A DNA stretch of 64,000 nt from a virus (IMGVR_UViG_2926471356_000005:16798-80797), one strand, 5' to 3'. Counted from the first letter of the stretch, positions 7,877 through 17,618 are shown. A program made the numbers and translations. The notes: generated from the letters alone by a model not told the origin.

Positions 7877-8542
7877 TTAGTCTTTCTGCCCTTCTGCCCC
7901 TTCTGGGCTTTCTGTGATTTCTGTAAAAGTCCCTTCTGCGACTTCTGAGCCGTCATAGGCACTTTCAAGATATTTCTGCTCAAGGGCTTTCATGTCCTTC
8001 TGCTCTCCAAGAGGATTGTTCGGGGTAAGTACCATTTCTGTCTGATCTTTCATGCCGTCATAGTTCTTCTGCCAGAAGATACCAGTGACGGGGTTTACCT
8101 TGCCGTCCTGCATAAGACCTTCGCGAAAAACGCCGCAAAACTGGCGAACTTTTTTGATAAAGTCAGCGCGGGCGGGGTTCCCCTTCGTGACATTCTCCCA
8201 CTCCCATGCCTGTTCCTTCGTGATACCAATAGCCATATACGCAGCCTGGTTGCCTACCTTCATATCCCACTCAGAACACTTCTGCACATAATTCAAGAAC
8301 CGTCTTTCCATTTCTGGCACATCCTGCAAGTCCAGAGGTTCCTTCGGCATGATCTCCATCATAAAGGCAGTCACTTTCGCATTGTACCCTTCTGGCATTT
8401 CTATCTTCTGAGCCTGCATAATAGGACTGTTCTCCCTGGCTTTCACCAGATTCTTAGGACTGCTTTCTTGATACCCTTCTGTTCTTCTGGGCTTTCTGTC
8501 CCGGCTTCCCTTCGGTCTGCCCATCTTCTTTTCTTCTGCCAT
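7877..8542 (-). CDS. terS: Terminase small subunit (putative)
   Basis: GRPKG N-terminus; GKVNPVTGIFWQKNYDGMKDQTE motif typical of TerS; AGGAGG RBS; upstream of terL. Confidence 0.75.
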   Translation of the reverse strand: MAEEKKMGRPKGSRDRKPRRTEGYQESSPKNLVKARENSPIMQAQKIEMPEGYNAKVTAFMMEIMPKEPLDLQDVPEMERRFLNYVQKCSEWDMKVGNQAAYMAIGITKEQAWEWENVTKGNPARADFIKKVRQFCGVFREGLMQDGKVNPVTGIFWQKNYDGMKDQTEMVLTPNNPLGEQKDMKALEQKYLESAYDGSEVAEGTFTEITESPEGAEGQKD

Positions 8543-8626
8543 TGTCCTTCTGCACCTCCTTCTGCTCACGCTTCCATCTTTCTACATAAGACTCCATGTT
8601 TGTCTCCTTTCTGTCGGACATGAGGT

Positions 8627-8715
8627 TGGTAGGGCAAATTCAATTTTTACAGTAAGTTTTTATAGATACGCGCGTACTAAGAAAACTTATAGTAAAATCT
8701 TATTTTACCCTACCA
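8627..8715. repeat. 89-bp imperfect palindrome, copy B (candidate replication origin)
   Basis: TGGTAGGGCAAA...TTTACCCTACCA immediately after the helicase stop codon; inverted homolog of 5019-5107. Confidence 0.9.
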
Positions 8716-8721
8716 ACCCTA

Positions 8722-10200
8722 CTAATTTTGCCTTAAAGCTACTCCATAATAGAACAAAACGCCCTGGGTAACTGCCTTATCTGCATACCATTCCGGGTGT
8801 GCTGTCAGTTCTGCATTGAATTTCTTCATGCTGCACACATAATACCCATTGCCCTTGCACCACATTTTGTAGTTATCATAGAGGGACTTCGCACGGGTCT
8901 TACCTTCTGCATTCCGCTCACACTTCTCTTCCAGGAATTGCTGTACCAGGTCATTGTCCTTTTCATACTGCTTAATGACCTTCTGCATACCCTGGGACAT
9001 TTTCAGCCCGAAGCGGATATACTTGAAGTAGCCTGCTACCAACCATGTGAATATACCCCGCATTGCTTCTGGGGTTTCAAAGTAGTCCTTGAGTCCCTTG
9101 TCCTGTTCGTCATCGTTGAAGTGGCGGTTGAACTCAATCACTCGCACACGGTCAGATGCAAACAGGCTCTTGTCCTTTACGGACGGCAGGTCATTACAGG
9201 ACAACCACATGGTAAACTGCGGCTTGAAGGTAATTGCAGACTGGTAAAGTTCACGGGCGGTAATGTCCTCACCACCTGTGTACTGTTTAATCGTGGCTTC
9301 GTCCAGTTTGCCTGCGGTATCTGACTCACTCATGGTGACCATGCGCTTACCTTTCAGCTTTGCCAGTACCGGGTTCGCTGCTTCTGCGTTCTTCTGGCGG
9401 TCACCACGGCAGATAAGTTCCACAGGAGCCACGGTTGAGTAGTCACCAAGCAAGTGCTGAATAGCGTCAAGCATGGTACTTTTACCGTTGCGGGTGGTCT
9501 TACCGTGGAGGATGAACATACATTCTTCCTTGCTTGTACCTAAGATTGAATAACCCAAAGCCCTCTGCAAGTAGTCTGCCTTGTCCGCTTCGTTCTGGGT
9601 AACTTCCTTGATGAACTGTTCCCATCGTGGGCAGGTAACTTCCTGCAAGGTGTATTCAAAATTGGTCTGCATGGTCAAGAAATCATCCCATCTATGCTCA
9701 CGGAACTTCATGTGTTCCAGGTCATAAGTACCGTTCAGACAGTTAATCAGATAAGGGTGAGTGTCAAACTGTGCTGCCGCAATCTTCATGCTGTCCGCAG
9801 CGTCCTTCATAAGACGGTCACGGAAACGGCGGTCACCCATCTTTCCAACAAAAGCCATGTACTGCTTGCGCTTTTCCTCATCGGTGATTTCTCCGCAGTA
9901 CAAAGCCATGAGTCGCACAAACTCCTTAATCTTTGCAGAAACCAGAAGCGCACCCACATCCTTGTGCCACTTGCCAGTTTCATATGTGTACCAGGACTTT
10001 GCTTCTGGGCAGTAGCGGGTGTCATTCTGATAGCACTCAGAGAAGAGGTCAGCCATGCCCGCTTCATCCCAGGAGTACCCCGTGGAATCATCCTGGTAGG
10101 CGGTTTCCGGGTGGTGGTCTTTAATGTAATACAGCTTTCTGCTTATGTCCTCAGAGGTAATGTACCTGCCATTGGACAACTGAAATAACTCATCACTCAC
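8722..10200 (-). CDS. P4/D5-family SF3 helicase (primase-associated)
   Basis: D5_N region (LINCLNGTYDL), Walker A GKTTRNGKST, IKQYTGGEDITARELY. Confidence 0.92.
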   Translation of the reverse strand: MSDELFQLSNGRYITSEDISRKLYYIKDHHPETAYQDDSTGYSWDEAGMADLFSECYQNDTRYCPEAKSWYTYETGKWHKDVGALLVSAKIKEFVRLMALYCGEITDEEKRKQYMAFVGKMGDRRFRDRLMKDAADSMKIAAAQFDTHPYLINCLNGTYDLEHMKFREHRWDDFLTMQTNFEYTLQEVTCPRWEQFIKEVTQNEADKADYLQRALGYSILGTSKEECMFILHGKTTRNGKSTMLDAIQHLLGDYSTVAPVELICRGDRQKNAEAANPVLAKLKGKRMVTMSESDTAGKLDEATIKQYTGGEDITARELYQSAITFKPQFTMWLSCNDLPSVKDKSLFASDRVRVIEFNRHFNDDEQDKGLKDYFETPEAMRGIFTWLVAGYFKYIRFGLKMSQGMQKVIKQYEKDNDLVQQFLEEKCERNAEGKTRAKSLYDNYKMWCKGNGYYVCSMKKFNAELTAHPEWYADKAVTQGVLFYYGVALRQN

Positions 10201-10628
10201 TCTCCTGTACCTCCTTCCAGGTGGGCTTCAAACCACTCTTTCTGCTTCTTTGCCTGCAATGCAGTACGCTTGCAAGCCCTGGCAGAAGCAGCACAATCTT
10301 TTGCATACTTCTTCCAGTCTTTCTTCTGCTCTTTCGTCAGTGGGAGTCCCGCCGGGGTCTTGCCATCGGCAAGTTGATGTTCATAGTCAGCGGCTCTGTC
10401 CTGGTAATCCCAGTAGGCTTTACCCTCACGCTGAAAAACTTCTTCACATTCGGAAATACGCTTCCGGAAGAATGCCTGCATTTGCTTGAACAGGGCTTCT
10501 GCGTGTTCTACGTCCATCGCAATATACTTTTTCAGCTTATTGAGTTTCCCGGCAGTACAAGGGAAGAAAGCGAGCATATAGATTGCCATGTGTCCAGAAC
10601 TCCACTGGATACTCAGTATATTATCCAT
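10197..10628 (-). CDS. Hypothetical phage protein
   Basis: 143 aa, translationally coupled to neighbours. Confidence 0.7.
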   Translation of the reverse strand: MDNILSIQWSSGHMAIYMLAFFPCTAGKLNKLKKYIAMDVEHAEALFKQMQAFFRKRISECEEVFQREGKAYWDYQDRAADYEHQLADGKTPAGLPLTKEQKKDWKKYAKDCAASARACKRTALQAKKQKEWFEAHLEGGTGE

Positions 10629-10828
10629 TGTGCCTTTCCTCCTTTTTTTTTCTTTTTCCTTTGCTCGATTTTTTCAACTCTGTGCGGAAGTCCGTTGTAC
10701 ATCTTCGCATATTCTCTTGCGTCAGACTTTTTCTCACAGAAACTACCCATACAGGGAATGTAGGGAAAACCTTCTGCGTGGCAGTACCACATACCTGTTG
10801 ACTTTTCCTGCGATATGGTATAAGCCAT
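10613..10828 (-). CDS. Hypothetical phage protein
   Basis: MAYTISQEK...; GGAGGT RBS. Confidence 0.65.
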   Translation of the reverse strand: MAYTISQEKSTGMWYCHAEGFPYIPCMGSFCEKKSDAREYAKMYNGLPHRVEKIEQRKKKKKGGKAQWIIY

Positions 10829-10835
10829 TCTTAAA

Positions 10836-11627
10836 TCACCTCCTGTACCTGCTGATACTTTCTGCAATGATCTGTAGTTCTCTATCCGGTAACGGTGGCT
10901 TACACACTTCTACGTTGACTCTCTGTAATTCCTGATAAATCTGTATCGGCGTGTATCCTGTGTTGTGCAACGCTCCTGCCAGACTGGTAAGAGATATGTT
11001 TCTGCCGCCGTCCGGGATTTCCGGGTAGTCCGGTCTTACGAATATCTTTCCGTTTGCAGGTTTCGGAAATTTAGGAGAATAGATACGCTGTACCATACCT
11101 GAGTTGTTCCCGGTCTTTTCTGTCTCTTTGAAGTACTTCTCTACCACATAATCAATGGCTTCCTGGTTCTCAATGATGGTCGGAAAGATAAGCTGCTTCC
11201 CGGTCATTATAAAGAACCTGCGGGCTTTATAAATCTCAACCCCCGCAAGGTTGTTCTTGCCGTGGAATGGAAGTGTACCCCGCAGCAGGATATGTACGCC
11301 ACGTCCACTTCTGGACTTCTCTGTGTAGGACTTGCAGGCGGTCATAATATCGGCGCAAAGAGGGGTCATAAGACCATCCTCAAAGCCTGCGTCAATATCA
11401 ATACCAACCAGTCCATTGTCTGCGAACACAAATCCAAGGTTATCATAGTAGCCGTTCTCTACTGCCCACTCTGCCTGCTCAAAGGAACTCCATGTATCTG
11501 GGGCAGTAGAGGAAGCGGCTTTCTTCTCAAAGGCTTTCATGGGAATTTTGGAGTTATCCCAGGCACACACCCACTGATTCATTTTCTTTAATTCCTCTGG
11601 TATTTTGGAATAATCCTTCATTCCCAC
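10836..11627 (-). CDS. Primase-polymerase (AEP) with PriCT-like C-terminus
   Basis: GIDID, YTEKSRSGRGVH, GGRNISLTSLAG...PPLPDREL. Confidence 0.88.
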   Translation of the reverse strand: MGMKDYSKIPEELKKMNQWVCAWDNSKIPMKAFEKKAASSTAPDTWSSFEQAEWAVENGYYDNLGFVFADNGLVGIDIDAGFEDGLMTPLCADIMTACKSYTEKSRSGRGVHILLRGTLPFHGKNNLAGVEIYKARRFFIMTGKQLIFPTIIENQEAIDYVVEKYFKETEKTGNNSGMVQRIYSPKFPKPANGKIFVRPDYPEIPDGGRNISLTSLAGALHNTGYTPIQIYQELQRVNVEVCKPPLPDRELQIIAESISRYRR

Positions 11628-11634
11628 ACTCTCC

Positions 11635-12249
11635 TTATCCTGTGATTAACTGACTGTACGGCAGGGTTTCCACCCACTTGCAGAACTCACGCCACTCATC
11701 CAGTTTGTGATTCTGGCGGGAATGGTACATATTCTTGAGAACAGCATAGTTAAGCTGTACGGTTCTCTTCTGGTTGTAACAGGTTGGTAACATTTGAATC
11801 ATCTGCCACCAGTCCTTCTTGTCCTTTCTCTGCAAGAAATCCAGTCGGGCATTATTCATAGCGTCAATAATCGTGCAGAACACAATGAGGTTCGTAACGG
11901 AGAGGTGTTCCGTGCTGAAATCGCTCAGAACGAACTCCTTTGCCTGGATTTTGTGCATGGTGGAACAGGAGTTTGCTACAGTGCCTACCTTGTAGGTATC
12001 GTATTCCTTCCACCAATACAGGGGAGCGGTAATGTCTGCGGTCACGGTAATCATACGCAGGTACTTACCGTGATCAGTTCCCGCAGCACCCAGGGTTTCC
12101 ATCAGCTTTAAGTCATTGTCACCTACTGCGTACTTCCCACAATCTACAGCAGGATAGCTGTCTGACTTTTCCCAGGAGTTCTTCGGGTTTCTCATACCAC
12201 GGATAGCCGCCTGCCATCCGTAGGTTTCGACTTCGTCAATCTTTATCAC
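11635..12249 (-). CDS. ThyX/Thy1-like protein
   Basis: DHGKYLRMI, APLYWWKEYDTY, NSCSTMH, RQNHKLDEW; next to nrdD. Confidence 0.6.
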   Translation of the reverse strand: MIKIDEVETYGWQAAIRGMRNPKNSWEKSDSYPAVDCGKYAVGDNDLKLMETLGAAGTDHGKYLRMITVTADITAPLYWWKEYDTYKVGTVANSCSTMHKIQAKEFVLSDFSTEHLSVTNLIVFCTIIDAMNNARLDFLQRKDKKDWWQMIQMLPTCYNQKRTVQLNYAVLKNMYHSRQNHKLDEWREFCKWVETLPYSQLITG

Positions 12250-12658
12250 AACTTACACCATCCCTTCTGCGGACTCTCATGTAGTTCTTATAGTCCAGGT
12301 TATTCATCTTCGCTGCTCTATGCAAAGCCTGCTTCTTAGTTCCCAGTGTGCCGGGGATAGGCTCTTTACTGCCTACTTCATGCACATAATAACGGCTGCT
12401 GCCTTTCTGCTTTGATACGGTATATTTCAGAATCATCTTCTTCGCCTTTCTTTTCAGATTCTCTATAATGTAATCTGGTTCTAACTTGCATAAAACACTG
12501 AACCAGTCAGAATAAAAGAACCGTTCCAGTTCTGTGATATTGCAGTTTTTTTTTGTCGGGGTAATAAACCCTGCTAATAAGCTGATATAATCATCTACAG
12601 CCTGTTTCACGATTGCGAATCTGAGATTTTCCAGTCCGATATCATTCAAATCTCCCAT
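12236..12658 (-). CDS. Hypothetical phage protein
   Basis: 140 aa, AIVKQAVDDY...ELERFFYSDWF. Confidence 0.7.
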   Translation of the reverse strand: MGDLNDIGLENLRFAIVKQAVDDYISLLAGFITPTKKNCNITELERFFYSDWFSVLCKLEPDYIIENLKRKAKKMILKYTVSKQKGSSRYYVHEVGSKEPIPGTLGTKKQALHRAAKMNNLDYKNYMRVRRRDGVSCDKD

Positions 12659-14784
12659 TACATCGACTTCCTTTCTGCAATCTCAGCCATCTTCGCAGCG
12701 TTCAGACGGGTATCACCGTGAACTCTGCTGTAGGACAGATAGCCGTTCATGCGGTCAATCTTCGTGAGGTTCTTGCTACCGCAGACCGGGCAAACATCCA
12801 TCTCAAGTTCCTGATGTCCGCAGTCATCACAGTAAGCAAGGGAGAGATTCACACCCTCGTAGAAACCAAGTTGCATTGCTCTTCGAACCAGGGTCTTGAC
12901 TGCTTTCCGATTGTAGGAAATAGGATAGCGAACGTACTGAATCTTGCCACCGTTGAACATATTCCAGAAACGTCCTTCAAGATTTTGCTTTTCAATAGGG
13001 GTTAAGTCCTCTGTTACATGACAATGGAAGGAATTACTCACATACGGGCGATCAGACACATTTTCTATAATGCCGTACTTCTTACGGAACTGCTCAATCT
13101 GCAAACCACACAAGCTTTCAGCCGGGGTTCCGTAGATTGCATACAGCCAACCGTCCTCATTCTTGAACTCCGTAACCTTCCGGTTGATATGCTGCATAAC
13201 TTCCAGGGCAAACTCTCCGTCCTCTGCAATGGACTTGCCGTTGTAGAGCCGCTGCAACTCATTCAGTGCTGTGATACCGAAGGAAGCCGTCATGGGTTTC
13301 AGCAAGGGCTTGATTTTGTCAGACGGTTTGAGGTGTCCACCGTATACACCGCCCTCACAGTACATGATAGGATTGGTACTGGCTTTCATCTCACCTAGAT
13401 ATTCATAGGTACGCTTGTGAACCCCTCTAATCATTTCCAGGTAGTAGTCCAGGACTTCATAGAAGTCACGACTTTCGGCTCTGGCTTTTGCCAGAATCAT
13501 AGGTAGGTGCAGAGAAACTGCACCGACATTGAAGCGTCCCACAAATACAGGCTTGTCATCTGCGTCCGCAGGCTTCATGCCGCCACGCTCAAACCACGGG
13601 GAGAGGAATGCACGGCAACCCATAGGGCTTATTACTCTACCGTACTTTTTGTACATCTCAGCCACATAGCCGTCACCTGTGAGGGATAGCCAGTCGGGAT
13701 ACATGGTCTTGCTACTGCAATCAATACCTGCTTCAAACACATCCTCACTGAAACCGCCCTTACCGTGAAGATTTTCGTCATAGAGGAAAACCAGTTTCGG
13801 GAACAGTACAGGTTTTTTGAATCCCGGCTTGCCCTCACCCTCCATGTGAACCTTGAAGAAAGTCTTACTTGCCATTTTGCCGAACACATCGGTAGCCAAT
13901 CCGAAGGTCATAGTGATGAACGGATAATCGCCACGGGAAGAACCCACAGTGTTTAGCTTCATCTCAATACCCTGGAAGCCCTGTTCAAAATCGCGCTGCA
14001 CTTTGCTCATAGCCCAGTCCTTTACGTCCTGGGAGAAGGTCTGTTGATTGCGGATTTCCATGTATTCAGCACAGTACTTCTTGTAGGACTTCTCTGCATA
14101 TGGAGCCAGAATCTTGTCCACCTCTGGGACTGTGAAGCCACCGTACTGCTGTGACGCTGTAGCCAGGATAATATCTCCCAGAACGTCAAAAGCGGTATCA
14201 AGGGTTTTCGGCTCATTGTACCAGACATTGCCCATCTCAAAGCCGCCGCTCATAATAGAGGAAATGTCACACAGGCAGCAGTTCATAGTATCAAGGCGGG
14301 CTGACTGGTCATGGATATAAATGTATCCGTCCTTGCAAGCCTGCAACTCATCATTGGTCATAAAGAACTTGCGGTACAGTCGCTTATTCAGTTCGTTGAA
14401 AATCAGACATCTCTTCGTAGCAACTAAGGTGGAGTCCGTGTTTGCATTTTCCTTATCACCCAGAAAACGAATGGACTGAGATTTCTGATAGACCTCATCC
14501 ATAATGTGAACGAAATCTTTCTTGAAGTTTCGGTAATCCCTGTAAGATTTTGCAATCTTCGGGTTGACCTCATCAAGAACCTGCTCCACAATGTTGTGCA
14601 TATCCGCAACGTGAACCTGTTCCGGGAAACGCTCAGTAACAATAGCCATAACCTTAGATACAATTTCATGGTACTGTGTATCGTCCAATTCAATCATTGC
14701 ACGGGCGGCAGACTTACTGACTGCATTGACGATCTTCTGACCGTCAAACTGCTCAATCGTACCGTCCTTCTTAATTACTTTCAT
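12658..14784 (-). CDS. nrdD: Anaerobic (class III) ribonucleoside-triphosphate reductase
   Basis: N-terminal ATP cone, IYIHD, TPAESL, CxxC...CPVC zinc site, RMNGYL glycyl-radical loop. Confidence 0.95.
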   Translation of the reverse strand: MKVIKKDGTIEQFDGQKIVNAVSKSAARAMIELDDTQYHEIVSKVMAIVTERFPEQVHVADMHNIVEQVLDEVNPKIAKSYRDYRNFKKDFVHIMDEVYQKSQSIRFLGDKENANTDSTLVATKRCLIFNELNKRLYRKFFMTNDELQACKDGYIYIHDQSARLDTMNCCLCDISSIMSGGFEMGNVWYNEPKTLDTAFDVLGDIILATASQQYGGFTVPEVDKILAPYAEKSYKKYCAEYMEIRNQQTFSQDVKDWAMSKVQRDFEQGFQGIEMKLNTVGSSRGDYPFITMTFGLATDVFGKMASKTFFKVHMEGEGKPGFKKPVLFPKLVFLYDENLHGKGGFSEDVFEAGIDCSSKTMYPDWLSLTGDGYVAEMYKKYGRVISPMGCRAFLSPWFERGGMKPADADDKPVFVGRFNVGAVSLHLPMILAKARAESRDFYEVLDYYLEMIRGVHKRTYEYLGEMKASTNPIMYCEGGVYGGHLKPSDKIKPLLKPMTASFGITALNELQRLYNGKSIAEDGEFALEVMQHINRKVTEFKNEDGWLYAIYGTPAESLCGLQIEQFRKKYGIIENVSDRPYVSNSFHCHVTEDLTPIEKQNLEGRFWNMFNGGKIQYVRYPISYNRKAVKTLVRRAMQLGFYEGVNLSLAYCDDCGHQELEMDVCPVCGSKNLTKIDRMNGYLSYSRVHGDTRLNAAKMAEIAERKSM

Positions 14785-15280
14785 GGAGTATAACCCTCCC
14801 TTCCTTTAAGGACTTCGAAACATTGATAACTCTCTGGTTGGTAGAACCTGCCCAGTGATAACCCACGTCCTTTAATGCTTCTTCAAAACGTCCATCTACC
14901 AGAACGTCAATGTAATTCAGAATCTCTCTGCCGTAAAAGTTCTCAGCCGTTACCTCTTCCCAGGTGTACCCTGTATAGAGCCAGATAGTTTTGTGCGGGA
15001 AGAACTGTTTGATCTTTTTTACAAGCCATAAAATCTGACAACGATTGACGGGGTGCAGCGGGTCACCCCCAGAGAGGGTAAGACCGCTGATATAAGGCTT
15101 GCTCAATTCCGTGCAGATTTCGTGGAAAGCTGCTTTGTCAAACTCAACCCCGTCTGTGAAATCCCAGGTGATAGGGTTCTGACAGTTCTTACAGTGGTGT
15201 TCGCACCCTGCAACCCAGAGAACTACCCGTAACCCGTCACCGTTGTTCATATCATCGTGTGTGATATTGTGGAAGTTCAT
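14771..15280 (-). CDS. nrdG: NrdD activating radical-SAM protein
   Basis: NGDGLRVVLWVAGCEHHCKNCQN, GSTNQRVI. Confidence 0.95.
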   Translation of the reverse strand: MNFHNITHDDMNNGDGLRVVLWVAGCEHHCKNCQNPITWDFTDGVEFDKAAFHEICTELSKPYISGLTLSGGDPLHPVNRCQILWLVKKIKQFFPHKTIWLYTGYTWEEVTAENFYGREILNYIDVLVDGRFEEALKDVGYHWAGSTNQRVINVSKSLKEGRVILHESN

Positions 15281-15615
15281 TAAATATCGCCTACCTTACG
15301 ATGAAGAGAGTTCTCCACCGTAAAGCCCTCTGGGTAACGGACTTTCAGTTTGTCAATGTTCATCTGCATGACCGTATCAATGTCCGTACCCAGTGCGTCA
15401 CACGCTTCCGCAATCATCCAGAGACAATCTCCCAGTTCCTTTTCCATGTGTTCAAGGTTCACTTCATGCCCCTGGTACTTCTTCTGTAAGATACCTGCAA
15501 CTTCTCCTGCTTCGCTGTTCAGACCGAACACTGCATGATACAGACGGTCAGCCTTACAATCGTATGGAATGCTGCAAGTTCTAATGGCTAATGCCTGGTA
15601 TTCCTTGCCTGTCAT
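15280..15615 (-). CDS. MazG-like NTP pyrophosphohydrolase
   Basis: GLNSEAGEV...KELGDCLW...NIDKLKVRYPEGF. Confidence 0.88.
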   Translation of the reverse strand: MTGKEYQALAIRTCSIPYDCKADRLYHAVFGLNSEAGEVAGILQKKYQGHEVNLEHMEKELGDCLWMIAEACDALGTDIDTVMQMNIDKLKVRYPEGFTVENSLHRKVGDI

Positions 15616-15631
15616 ATCAATCTACCTCTTT

Positions 15632-15763
15632 CTATTCTTCCTTACTTTTAGGGGTATCGCTCATTGAGTCATGTGCTGCAAGAATTGCTATCGCCGCAAG
15701 CAGTACTGCACCACCAATGACTCCAATGATGAAAGCCAGAATTGCAATCAATACTGTTACCAT
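15632..15763 (-). CDS. Small membrane peptide (43 aa)
   Basis: MVTVLIAILAFIIGVIGGAVLLAAIAILAAH...; AGGAGG RBS. Confidence 0.55.
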   Translation of the reverse strand: MVTVLIAILAFIIGVIGGAVLLAAIAILAAHDSMSDTPKSKEE

Positions 15764-15777
15764 GACTGGAATCCTCC

Positions 15778-15969
15778 TTAGAACTCATCGAAATGTTTCT
15801 TGATACTCTTGTGGGTCTTATGAATTACCACCAACTGTGCCACTACGATAACAACGTAGAGAACACCTGCCAGAATCTCCGGGAGCAGGCATACCCACCA
15901 TGCCCAGGTGATAACTCCCAGTAACTTTAAGACGATGAAAATAATCGTCAGAATCTCAGTAAATCCCAT
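15778..15969 (-). CDS. Small membrane protein
   Basis: LTIIFIVLKLLGVITWAWWVCLLP; two hydrophobic segments. Confidence 0.7.
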   Translation of the reverse strand: MGFTEILTIIFIVLKLLGVITWAWWVCLLPEILAGVLYVVIVVAQLVVIHKTHKSIKKHFDEF

Positions 15970-16975
15970 TATTTTGTCCTCTCTTTCTCTTCGTTCTTCC
16001 GTTTCTGAACGTATTCTCTGAACATTCTGGTATATTCGTAACTGTCTTTGAATACATGAGAAACGGCTTTGAGCATTTTAGGTTCATGCTCTTCGATTAT
16101 GCTCAATTCATCCAGTAATTTTCGATTGAACGGACAACCTACACACCCCGTTCGGGTCATACCGTACTTTGTATAGCAATCGCTGTGCTGAATGCCGAAA
16201 AGTTCATCATAGTAAACTTCGTCTTTATCGCTATACCAAAATAACGGTCTGTACTGGTCGCATTCATCTTCTCTTGCTGTAAAGCAGGTTTTGTAGCTTG
16301 CAGACCTTATACCTTTTTCAGCTTTTCTGACTCCAATAATCATAAGGTCTATGTAGTTGTCCTTTATAAATTGAGCAGAAACTTCTTTCTTAGCATAAGT
16401 GCAGCACTTACTTGAAATTTTGAACCACGGGGGATTCTCAATCATAAATTCTTTCAGATACTTATGATAGTTAATGTTGAACATTGAGGTTTTGAAACCC
16501 GGTTTGTTTCTGCCATTACACCACCAATTTATTGCTCCCTGTGCTTTTGGGTATTCAGCCAATAGCTGCTCTACGGGTTTATCCTCCCATGTGAAGCCAT
16601 GGCGTTGTAGCCGGGAAATCATATCTGATACAAACTTTGATAAGAAAGGTTGCCCGTATTCACTACACGAAAGAGGGATAGGCTTGATTGCTTTGATTCT
16701 TTCGATTTCAATATGATATTTCTCTTCAAGGTATTTCAGATGGTCTTTGGTTGCCTGGTACTCTAACCCAGTGTCGAACCAGATATATCTAACCTTTCGG
16801 TCTTTATCAATCTTTGAAATCAAATCAAGCATTATATCACTATCCTTCCCCCCCCCGATATAGAGCAAGCTATGCTGTCATAACGGGAAAGAACGGAATG
16901 TGCTTTTGCTACAGAATCAAAGATTGCAAAATTGCCATCTGCCTTTTCTAAAAGTTTCTGTACTTCCAAGTCCAC
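15969..16975 (-). pseudogene. PAPS-reductase-family protein, frameshifted at a G9 tract
   Basis: GTG 16975 with AGGAGG RBS reads ...ACSISGG; G9 at 16848-16856 shifts frame before KDS; downstream DTGLEY, CC...KK, RTGCVGCPF. Confidence 0.85.
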
Positions 16976-16991
16976 GCCGTTTTCTTCCTCC

Positions 16992-17540
16992 TTAAATTTT
17001 GAAAATTCGTGCCGCCATCATGTCAGCGGTATGAGTCCACAGGACGTTCGGGTATTTCTCAATGGACTTTCCGTACTTATCCCAATTCTCTTTGTCATCA
17101 AAGGCTCCCATGTGCCAACGGATACAAGCCATTTCCTCATCTGTGAGATCAACAATCTTCTGTGCCAGAATCACGGACTTGTCACCGTGTCCTGGCAAAA
17201 GAATGTTGGGGTTGTAGCTGTATGTTCCATCCGGGTTGTGAATGTACGAATCACACTTACAGAGGTCATGGAGCATACCCACAATGTAGGGGCTTGCCTT
17301 GCGCTTCCAGTTCAGCCCCATTCGCTTTGTCAGAGAAAGCAGAGAAGAGGTTACTGTAAAGCTATGGTCAAACAGCCCGCCCTCATAGTTCCCGTGGTAC
17401 TTCGTAGAAGCAGGAGCCGTAAAGAACCCCGCAGCCATCAACTGATTTTTCAGAAAGAAAACATCCGTACTGGACATTCCACCGCTCATCAGCTTCTCAA
17501 AAGCCTTGACACGCTTATCTCGTTCACTCATATTCTTCAA
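16992..17540 (-). CDS. HD-domain hydrolase
   Basis: APASTKYHGNYEGGLFDHS, LHDLCK, IRWHMG, HTADM. Confidence 0.9.
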   Translation of the reverse strand: MKNMSERDKRVKAFEKLMSGGMSSTDVFFLKNQLMAAGFFTAPASTKYHGNYEGGLFDHSFTVTSSLLSLTKRMGLNWKRKASPYIVGMLHDLCKCDSYIHNPDGTYSYNPNILLPGHGDKSVILAQKIVDLTDEEMACIRWHMGAFDDKENWDKYGKSIEKYPNVLWTHTADMMAARIFKI

Positions 17541-17618
17541 TCCTTTCGTTTAACTTTATTAAATATAAACCATTGGAGAGTTCAAAGCTACACTTCTCCC
17601 TCTCCGCAGGTCATTTGA

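Noticed and set aside
5019-8715. Protelomerase telRL or dif-type sites
   Set aside because: Palindromes are imperfect with asymmetric centres; no protelomerase or tyrosine recombinase in the window
12546-12554. T9 homopolymer (also near 10643) as phase-variation site
   Set aside because: In frame, encoding Lys runs; no disruption seen
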